Below are positions 24,900 to 35,018 of a stretch of 64,000 bases of DNA, in pieces; positions within the stretch are counted from its first letter, which is position 1, and every line of letters begins with the position of its first letter. Source of the DNA: Massalongia carnosa (Eukaryota). The position numbers and the translations under genes were made by a program. The notes beneath the pieces were generated by a model. That model worked only from the letters and a program-made list of their open reading frames with translations. It did no database searches and was not told the origin of the DNA. The DNA is taken from the NCBI GenBank assembly GCA_965645245.1, contig OZ287080.1:1612001-1676000 (forward strand), written 5' to 3'.

Positions 24900-25340
24900 G
24901 ACGGGTGGGATTGGAATTTGTGGATTATGGGTGTTGGGGAATGAGCGTATGGAGAAATTGAATTAGTGTCAATCCATTTTGGCGAGAATTGCAGGCGGAG
25001 TCAAGAAAGAGCCGAGTTGCAATACCTGCAGAGGGGGATTTCACTATCATGAATGAAAGCCAGGTGTTCCTTACAGTACGTACCTGGTGTATTAGTATAC
25101 ACGAGTCCACCATGAAATCCAAAGATCGCGGAAAAATTACTCAAAGGTTGCATGAGAATCAAGTTTCGAACAACTTTTGGTACAACGGAAATTCGGAAAC
25201 GTCAAGAAGGCATTGAGTTGACGAAGTAGATAACTCAGCCAACTCTCAAGCTAAACTTATCGTTCTTTATGACCGACTTAATCAAACTACAAATCCTTTC
25301 AATCCATCTATGAGCCGACCCCATACTCTGGCCCATGAGC

Positions 25341-25797
25341 TCATTTCTTATTCGCCAAGTTCTCCTGAATGGTACCACCGATGGAGCCGTCAGCATTGAA
25401 GTGCCGGCCTATCGCCCCTGTCTTATCCAAAGGACCGCCGACAGCTTGTGCTTTGCTGCCTATCGCACCATCGGCTGACAAGATCCTGTCAGCATCGCAC
25501 CCGATAAGGACCGTCATCCCAGGGGCGGAAGCGATCCCAACGGAGGAGTATGTTTGGCGCACCATTGAATAACGACCCAATCGCCCCTTCTTTGGAGAAC
25601 ACGCTCGTCCCATCGCCTGTCGTTGTCTCACCTACCGCGCGCTGGACGGATCAGTATCGTACGAGGTATTTGTTTCGAGGCGATGCACATACCGGTTGAT
25701 GGCCCGCTTCATGAATGCCGCTGGTGAGATCCTGATGATGCAACGCGCTTTGTGCGCCCTCGTCCAATGATTTTCCCGAAGCGTCACCGTCAACCAT
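25341..25797 (-). CDS. Small hydrophilic Gly-rich protein with repeated GAIG motifs, 3 exons
   Basis: MVDGDASGKSLDEG.../...SVFSKEGAIGSLFN/ADGAIGSKAQAVGGPLDKTGAIGRHFNADGSIGGTIQENLANKK*. GT-AG introns ~25692-25642 and ~25562-25475. Confidence 0.72.
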
Positions 25798-25970
25798 TTT
25801 GATTGATTTAAGAAAGTATTGAAACGACAATGTAAGGAGTAATTTAGAGTTGTTAAACTTCGGAGTAATAACTTTCGAAGATATAAGAATTGGACACTTC
25901 AGGTCGTTGATTTGTAGATTTGGTCTCGTCGAGAGCATGTAAACGTCGTGCACCGGAATCCAAGGCAGCT

Positions 25971-25978
25971 TGACGTCA
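25971..25978. promoter_or_regulatory. Perfect CRE/ATF palindrome TGACGTCA
   Basis: About 175 bp upstream of the ATG of the small GAIG-repeat gene. Confidence 0.35.
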
Positions 25979-28679
25979 GCAAAGCAAATGACGCCATGGT
26001 TAATGCTCTCGCAGTCAAACTTCCGCCAGCTTAGTAGAATCTTCAAGTCCCTCTGCAAATTCCTCTTGTTGAAACTCGTCTATGGCGGTAGTTAACATTT
26101 CCTTTTGGCATTTTGCCTACATGAGGACGCTGATCATGGGCCCTCGACTGAATATCAAATTAACTGATGCTAAGGAATGGCTTCAAATAAGTCAACAATG
26201 AAGGTCTACGGTTCTGCACCCGTGCTCTGTACCCCAAAGTTATCTACTTCCCCATGTTTTGAGAAATGAAGAGGTTGCACCGTTGCTCGAAAGGAATACT
26301 CTCACCGAGAGTCCTGGTGCTTTCGGTTATTGGCAGTTTGCTGCGCAGTCAAGTGACGGTCACTCGGTAACACATTGGGACTAAAATTCGCGTACGCAGT
26401 ATATCTGTAGTACCTCGACGGCGACATGAAACCAGACATGCGAGGTTCGCCGCATGGCGTATGTCGCATGCACATATGCACGAGTCCACCGAGCAATGAG
26501 GCTCGAGAGTCGCAAGCAACGTTATACATACTTTTTTCTCTTTAAACTTCATTTTTCGATCAATTATATGAAACTTCCGCTCGCTAGTATCGGTAAACTT
26601 AACTTTGAGTGCGCTCGGACGAGCGGGTTGTTGCGTAATAAACTTCGTAGATCGAAGGGACGTGTCAGGAGTTGGGCCAGTCGAGATGCATGCAGGAACC
26701 CCCATAATGAACTTTGACAATGGGGGAAATGCAATCCGCATGCTTCTGCTGCTTTCCGCAAGCGAAGTGGGTACTTGTCTAACATTTTTTTCATTGGTGC
26801 TGATGAACGAGTGATTTCGTGTATAGTTCGATTTCCACGCGTATAATATGATAACTATATATTAAGAAACTACTCTGTATTCAGAGGCGCTGGCTTCGGG
26901 TGAGGCCATGATGAAGTCAACGGTGAGGGGATAGGGTTTGCTGGTTCTTTTTGGTCCTAGTTCGATTGGAGAGCGGAATGAACGCCGAAGGTTGGTGGCG
27001 TGATTTATTGTCCCACCTTTTGGGTCAAGTCGTACGATTTGGGAAAAAATGGCTTGACCAGTCTGGGACGATCGCGTTTCGCCCAACTTCCACAAAGGGA
27101 GCGCCGAGTTATTTGGCACCGATCCAGGCGGCTCTTAGGGGCTACAACGGAACCGGTCTGGGGACGGAAACCCGTCCTCTGGCTACCGGTTCATTGAGTG
27201 TCGACGAATCCTACCTACTTAGGGCATTCATGTGAGACTTTTTCGCACTCGTAGGGGTTCTGGAATCAAATGCACCCTTGTCCATCTACGATGCTACGAT
27301 GGTTCTCTTGGGGCGCAGAGTCATCAGCCTCCGTCGCGGTGACCAAATGGGATGATTGGATAAGGATAAGGGGGAACATGCTGCAATAGGAATAGTGAGA
27401 TTCCCACGAAAAATCCTACGAGCAAACTCTAAGTTAGGGAGCCAAAGTCATGTCGAAATGCGGTTAACCCCTTATCTGAGTGGGTAGTGCCGATAAGCCT
27501 TGCCAGGGTTCGTTCTTTTCATTGTCAGGTCGAATTCACCGGCCGCTCGCAAATCTTGTCATCCAATTGGCCGAGAGAGGAAGTTCAAACCGCACAATGG
27601 ATTGTGATTTTGATGACTTGGCCTGTATGCAGCCTAGCGTGCTCAAGGGTCATGGTTCGCTCTTTGATCTATGGGACCCTTGTCATCCTTCCTGCCTTTG
27701 CGCTGTTCTGCGGGGATTGGAACCACGGCTGACGGATGGGTGATTGATACGTGGAGGTTGAATCTGATGATACATACCTCAGGATCCTCGACTTGACCAG
27801 GTCAACCGAGTGAACCGAGCAAACCGAGAAACTACCCCGTATCGAGTACCGAGTACGGAGCGAGATGATTGCGGACGCCAGCATTAACAACGATGCAAGA
27901 TTTTGTACGTGGTGGTTGCAGTCACACGATCTCACTTTCCACATGTTGTGTTCAGTTAAAACCTGCACACGTCCCGAAGTGTAGAATCCGGTCTGGGTCT
28001 GCACTGAGTATTCGATCCGTCGTTCATTTTGACCGAATTAGGTGGTTGAATTGAATGATGAGTCTCATCTCACATAGGAAATAGCGAACTGCCTAACTTG
28101 GGTGCCCACCTCTCCTGTATCTGTGTTATATTACTCTAGAGTAGGTACTCTGTGCTCCGTACTACGTACCAGAGCACTGGATTACAGATTACCATTACCA
28201 CGGCTTGGATACGTAACATGTGACTATTTCCCTAAATGAGAGAATCCTCATCATGAAATGAAATGAATGATTTTCATGAACTACTCTAGTGGTGGCTTTC
28301 CACACTATTCGGGCGTCTGCAAAGCCATATAAATAACACTCCAACGCTTTTAAAAGATTGCGATCCTTTGCTTCTCGTCCGCTTTCTCTGTCCATTACCA
28401 TCTTTCTCGAATGAAAAGAAAAGAAAAAAAAAGAAAAAAAACATTCCTGAACCGCATCCGCAACTGCTAAACAACTACACTGCAGCATCCCCTCTCATCG
28501 ACCGGCATTCTTGCAGCGTGCCTTGTCCCACCCCCCGGTTACTCTGTACAGCACATTCAAGTACTGTGTTTGCCGACGTTTCGGCTTTCGAGAAATACTC
28601 TTATCTTTATTTGCGCGGCCTAGTGTTCTCGTCGTCATATCATTCAAATATCATTCCATAAGACCGTCTCGCCCAAAAA

Positions 28680-29747
28680 ATGCCATTCTCCCTTAGATCC
28701 AGTACGGCATCGCCAGTATCCAACGATCAATTTTCACCAACCGGCAGCGAGTTCCCACGGCAAGCCGGCCAAACCCTAAGAGTGTCGAAACGTGACGCTG
28801 GTGTCATGTCGCCCACTTCTTCCTACTCCTTTGACCCCGACGAGTCTGGACCCACCATTGTTTCGTTCTCGCCGGATCTGATTGAGGAGAAGCAGATATC
28901 ACGCACGATTGAACGCGGGTCCCCCGGAGAACCTGCCCTAATAGCCAACCGAGGCCATGAAGGGACGAACCTGTCGAGACGAAAGAGTCAGTTCTATGGC
29001 GAAGTCTTTGCCTACCGGGAACCCAACATCTCAGCGCGAAACAAAATCCATCAGTACTCAGTCATCACCGCCGAGGTGAAGACCAACGTAATTGTGCGTC
29101 CTCCAAATCTCACGCCCTGGGCACCTTGCTGACCGCTTCCACAGGTAAAGGACGAATACGTATTGCTCGCGGATCTCTCACAACACCTTTCGCAACGCTA
29201 TCACCGTCCCACTTCCTCCATCTTCATTACTCTCGCCCATTCCGTCTGCTTGCTTTACGCCGGTACATTCGACTCCGCGTATATCCTCACCCTCACCGCG
29301 CTCCCATCGCAAATCCAACCCACCACCAACAAACGCAACGCTGCCCTGATCCAAAATTTCATGGCCGATTCGCTTGGAGTGTCGCCGGACCGCGGAGTCG
29401 TTCGGTTTGTAGGCGTCGCGGAAGAGTACCTAGCGACCAACGGCACCACCGTACTGGGCGAAATCGAGAACCTGAGCAAGATCTCCAGCGATGAGAGCGC
29501 CACCGACGCGCATTCAAGATCCACCGCCTCGAGAGGACGGAACCGCAAGAAGGCGCAGCACAAACCTACTGAGCTCCCGCTGATGGAAGATAACCGACCG
29601 AAGACCAGCAACAAGACGCCGAGCTCGCCATTCGCAAGCCCGGCGATGCCACCCATCCCGTCGGAACCAAGCTCGTTGGACAAAAAGGCGCAAAAGGTAC
29701 AAAAGATGGGGAGGAGGAGGAGTTTCATGGCCATGTTTGGTAAATAA
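28680..29747 (+). CDS. MIF/tautomerase-fold domain protein, 2 exons
   Basis: VITAEVKTNVI/VKDEYVLLADLSQHLSQRYHRP...CLLYAGTFDSAY...QPTTNKRNAALIQNF...LGVSPDRGVVRF...LATNGTT. Intron ~29094-29144. Confidence 0.8.
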
Positions 29748-30439
29748 GAAACACGGCGGGATTTGGTAACGAGGACACGTCGATATTGGCGCAGCGGCGG
29801 CAATGGGTATTTTTGCAAGCGACATCCAAGGGCATATAGGTAACCCTTTGGCGTTGGGTGTTTGCTGTGGACTGTCACACCTCCGGGGGGGAAATGGGTT
29901 TTTTTTTTTGGTGTGGTTTTGGCAGTGATATCCCCCATACGCGATGAAATCCATTAACACGATGGCATGGCGTTCGGGAGTCGAGTCAGTAAAACCCGAC
30001 GATAGGTAGTTTAGTAATGCGGCTCGTTTCATCCATCGCTCATCTTCTCTCGTTGTCGTCGTCGTCATTATCAGTCATCACAATCATCCTCGCAAGACCC
30101 GCTCGCGCTCACGTTCTTTACTTACTTACCTACGCAGTACTGTACATACCCCTCCTCCCCACAAACACACACGTTCAACCCTGACCCTAACCCTCCCTCC
30201 CTCCTTCTAGTGTAAGTATCTCCGTGGATCAACGACTCTCTTCTTCTTTCCCCTTCCGGTTTCGGAAATACGTCCCTTCACCGCCATCCGGGGGCGATTG
30301 GGGAAGAGTTCCCCCTTGGGCGGAAGGAAGGGGCGGGGAAGCGGGGAAGTGGGTTTGGAGCTTTTTTTTCTTTTTGGGGGGTGTGGGGGGGTCTGGAGTT
30401 GGCTGGAAGTGCTTGGTTTTTTTCTTTTGGTTTTGCCCG

Positions 30440-30583
30440 TCTGTCTGTCTGTCTCTTCTGCATTGCATTTTTGTATGTATGTGTGTATGTGTATGTGATT
30501 GTCCATATTTATGCCTAATATTTGTCCTTTCATCATGTGTACTGTACAGGGTGTGTGTATATGTACGTATTCACGTATTCTGT

Positions 30584-30614
<31 letters not shown>

Positions 30615-31015
30615 CAAGTAGGCAAGTACGTATGCGTTTGCGTTACAGAGTACAGCCAGCCAGCCAGCCATACCGCCAAAATCATGCAGCCGACTCATGC
30701 AGCCTTGCAGCCGGCCAGACATGCAGCCAGCCGGGTTGTTGATGAGTAGGCAGGTGAAACGAAGGATTTTTACTTCTATCTCTACGTGCCTACCTACTTA
30801 CTATATAGTGGCACAGACTGATACAGGGGTACAGGAGGTACCAGAGGTACAGAGTATGGATACATGCTGGAGATACTTAGCGTATGGTGGGTGGGTGTGT
30901 GCGTAGTGTACAGAGTATGTACGTATAGAGGTATGTTACTGTAAGGTGGAGGTAGATATAGAGTATAGATATAGATATAGAGCATAGATATAGATACAGA
31001 GTATAGGTATAGGTA
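30440..31015. repeat. Simple-repeat mosaic
   Basis: (GTCT)n, (GTAT)n, (CAGG)n ~30584-30616, (CAGC)n and (TAGATA)n runs. Confidence 0.8.
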
Positions 31016-31192
31016 CAGAGTGTAGGTACCGGTATAGGTACAGAGTGTAGGTACCGGTATAGGTACAGAGTGTAGGTACCGGTATAGGTACAGAGTGTAG
31101 GTACCGGTATAGGTACAGAGTGTAGGTACCGGTATAGGTACAGAGTGTAGGTACCGGTATAAGTACAGAGTGTAGGTACCGGTATAGGTACA
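31007..31192. repeat. 25-bp minisatellite, about 7.4 copies
   Basis: Unit CAGAGTGTAGGTACCGGTATAGGTA starts at 31016, 31041, 31066, 31091, 31116, 31141 and 31166, with one substitution. Confidence 0.95.
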
Positions 31193-32484
31193 GGTATGCG
31201 TCGCGGCTATACATGTATACATATGTAGGCGTGCGAATGGGGAAATCTCTATCAGGATGCTAATGGCAGTGTTAGTGTTGGGAAGGAAGAGAGAGAGAGA
31301 GAGCGCGTATCAGAAGCGGCGGGATGCGAAACGGGCGGAAGATGGGAAGGGCGAGATGGATTTATGATAAGGGAAGGGGGTGGGTAGTAAGAGGATAGTA
31401 AAGGTATGTAAGAAGGATGGAGGGGAAATGGTGGGAAAGAGAAGAGGGGCTTAGGCGATTAACTCCCTAAATATTAAGTATCTATGGGGATTTTTTGTTA
31501 AGAGAGAAAAAGAGACAGATAAGAGACAGATAGGAGAGAGAAAGGGAGGAAGAGTAAGGATCGGGAAGCTAGGGGTTTCCAGGAGGCGAGAGAAAGAGAA
31601 ACTGTAGGCACTTTTGAGGGTTCGGGGGGTTTTGGAGGAGATTGGGTAAGAAGTAGACGAATAAGAAAAGAAAGTGTGAGAGAGAATTTTGGGGGGTACC
31701 GGGGTTGGGGATTGAAAGGGAAAAGGGGATATTGAGGTGGTGGGGTGATGGGAATAAAGAAGAGGGAAACGGAAGCTCGGGGGTGGACAATAGAGGATGG
31801 GGGATATAGAAAAGAAAAGAAAAGGAGGGAAAGGAGGGAAAGAGGATGAGAGTTGAGGATGTTGGGTAGCGGGTGAAGGGGGAAGAGTTGAGGGCGGGAA
31901 AGAAAAAGGAAGATGAGGCTAAGCCCCGGGGGGAGAGGGGGGGCATGGATAGAGAAGGTAAGAGGAAAGCAGATATCGATTGTCTATCTAAACTATTTTT
32001 TTACCAGTATCGAAGTATTGGAAGTTAACAAGGCGGAGGATTGACGATGTAGATGAGGCTGTAAGGGGATGAGATGACATTGTATGAGATAAAACAAATA
32101 TATGAGTTAGGTTTATCTTTCAATTTCGTTTTTTTAAAATGGAGCGAGGGGGAAACAAACGTAGCAGAAAGATATCTAGAAGTGCAGGGATGTGATATAA
32201 GGGAATTCTAGTGTCAATCGTAGATGCGGTTTGTGCAGAAAAAGTAAACTGGTCTCCGACGTTGATTGAGAGTTGGAAGAAAGATGTAATCTGACGGCGA
32301 AAGACTAAAAAATGCCCTGATTAAAGGATGCAGAGCAAGTTGAACTTTCTTCTGGGGAAAGGGGTTCATGGCGAAGGATTGTATGCTCTTGAAAATCTCG
32401 AGTTGCCCCGAAGGATATTAAATAACTAAAGAGTTCACTATGTTTGGAGGATTGTGGGAGATTGCTTTTCTCGATAGGCACGTA

Positions 32485-35018
32485 CTCGTATTCACCCCCA
32501 TTTGCAACACACCACCATTTGCAACACGCTAGTTAGTAAGCATCCCACCAAAATCCGAAAAACCTTTACCTTTCAGCTTCGCATGCCACCCAAATTGCTA
32601 GTAATTGCAAGCCAACTGATGAAGTTGGTTCGGAATAATCTGAAGATTTATTGACCTCAAATATAACCCAATGGCTGCATCAAAAGAAATGGAATTGAGT
32701 TTTGTATATACGTTTAAACCTCATCTTTTCACTCCCCCTCCTTTTCCACCCCACTTTCCAGCTGTCTGACAGCAGCAGACTGTCCTAACAACTTTCCCTT
32801 GACCAATCGATGTCCTCTAATCAACGAGGTCTTCCAGTTTGAGCTTTGAAAAAGCGATACTGTTGATCAAGAAGGCGTTGCTTGTGTTGGATCGGAGGGA
32901 GTTTTTTTAGGATGGGTCCTGAAGTCCCATCAACATCATTTGACAGATAAACTCTGGGCAAATGAACATGTGAAAGGACTGTTTATACGTACAGAGACTT
33001 TTTATTGGCTAGAAGGAGGAGGATCATGCGTACGAGGCGAGTTTCTAGTTCTTTAATCAAGCCTTTGCGACGGCTTTATTGTCCTACCACTTCGACTGAT
33101 GCGCATTTCTTTCATTCTATTCGCCTCCGGCTCAATCATGAAAGTCTTTTTTGGCAATGAAGTTCCTCTCGATCGCTTCTTGATAGGACTGGGCGAGAGA
33201 AATATGATTGAATCCGAAGGCGCAGGAAGCATCGGAGGCCTTTGAAGAGCTTTCTTGATGGGACTGCGTTGTTTTGACTCCATGAATAAATCGGGACTGA
33301 GTTTGTTGAAAGATTTCACCAAAAGATTGAACTCTTTGGTCATTTGTTTATCAATCTTTTCCTTTTCTTTGCTAGCTAGTTTTTGCTCTCGTTCCTCGAG
33401 AACCTCCGAATTCATGATTCTAGCAGTACCATAATGTCCCTTCGCTCGATTTGCTCTCTCGTGTTTACGACGAGCAGCTACAAGAAGTTCTTCGTTTGTA
33501 ATCCTGAGAAGATGACTGCTTGCCAACGCGGATTTACAGGCCTTTCCAAGCTTGTCGAGAATCAATTGATTTGAGTCATTGTCAGTCAATTGCTCCATCA
33601 AATTATTGACTTGATCAGCATTTGCTGGAGTAAATGCCACTGAAACAGAGACATCATTTGAACTCGTGACTGTCATTTTCGGAGGCGTAGAAGGATGAGG
33701 TGGACTAGGAAGTTTTTGAAGAACTATAGCAGGATTGAATAGAAACAACCCACTTTTGGACCAGGCATGCTGAATATTTTGAGTGAATAAAGCTCTGTTT
33801 CGAGCCTTTTGATAAAGAAGCAGAAAGTCTGATTTATCAATTGAATAACCAACTCCTAGTCTAGTATGCTTCTCCAGTTCCACCCGATAGGCCGTAGACA
33901 ATGGATGAAAAACACCAACGTCTAAAGGCTGAAGCATGTCCGTTGAATGAGAAGGAAGACAGACATAAAAGAATGATGTCTTTTTCCTTACAAAACTGAA
34001 TCGCTTCTGAAGTAAGATGAGAAGCATGTCCATCGAGAATAAGAAGACGATAGCGACCTTTTAAACGGCTTCGTGTTTCCGGTTCAAAACACTGCTTTAA
34101 CCAATCTAGACCGATTTCATTGTTTGTCCATCCATTCTCACTGAGAGCAATGTGACCACCTTCTTTGATAAATGAACGCCAGGCCTTTTGCTGTTGTTTA
34201 CCTTTGAAAATAACCCATGGTTTAAGAAGCGCTCCATCAGCAGAGACACATTCGATCAGAGAAACCCATTCTCTATTACCGCATTGAGTCAATAATGCTG
34301 GTCGATCATGCTTAGAGCAAATTACTCTGAGCTTGCCCACTAGTCCCATAGCAAATCCTTTTTCATCCATATTATAGCAGTCCTCCTCATTGAATTTATA
34401 TTGATTAAAATTCTTTGCGTACAGCTGAAACCATTGATTGAGCATTTCCGCATTATGCATTAAAGCTCTTTCCTTGTCCAATGCCTGACAAAACACAGTA
34501 TCCAACTCTTCATGACGGGATAAAAATTTGCTCACCCAATTGATACCCAAATCATTGCAATCGTCTCGCTTTATCAGCATTTCTAACGCCATAAAGCGAA
34601 GCTGTGTTACACGAGGAGGCCAGCCCCATGCCTCCATTTGTATTGTCCAGTCCACGAGAGCTGATTCCTCCTCCGGAAGTAATCGCTGCTGCAATAGAGC
34701 AGCTTCTTTATGAGTTTTCGTTTCTGCAAGTCGTCTAGTAAGGGTGGAATGAACGATACCATGTTGACGGGCGATTTTTCGAACGGATGGCTTGTCTTTG
34801 AAAGCTTTGGGACCGGCTTCCCAGTCATTAAATGACTCTCTATAAGCAGCAATAGCAAGCTGAATGCGCTCCTCTTTGGGCAGTTCGTCTGCTGACTCAT
34901 AATGAATTAATAGAAATGTAAAAAATTTGATATACCGGAGTTAACGGATTTTAATGCGGGTGCTTACTAACTAGCGTGTTGCAAATGGGGGTGTGTTGCA
35001 AATGGGGGTGAATACGAG
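32485..35018 (-). mobile_element. Full-length pogo/Fot1-family DNA transposon with 58-bp TIRs and TA target-site duplication
   Basis: TIRs at 32485-32542 and 34961-35018 match at 57/58 positions. TA flanks at 32483-32484 and 35019-35020. Each TIR holds two copies of CACC(C/A)CCATTTGCAACA. Confidence 0.95.
33053..34900 (-). pseudogene. Frameshifted DDE_1 (pogo) transposase
   Basis: HTH region (EERIQLAI...SVRKIARQHGIVHSTLTRR; LLPEEESALVDW), YNMDEKGF, LLILDGHASH, LQPLDVGVF. Frame breaks at the start codon and at ~33960. Confidence 0.92.

Noticed and set aside
26300..28100. Cluster of short ORFs upstream of the MIF gene
   Set aside because: The ORFs overlap on both strands, with no motifs and no coherent splice model.
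31007..31192. CRISPR-like array
   Set aside because: Units are directly adjacent with no unique spacers, the context is eukaryotic, and no cas genes are present.
30207..31946. Several 60-170 aa ORFs
   Set aside because: They are translations of micro/minisatellites and purine tracts, with no domain signal.
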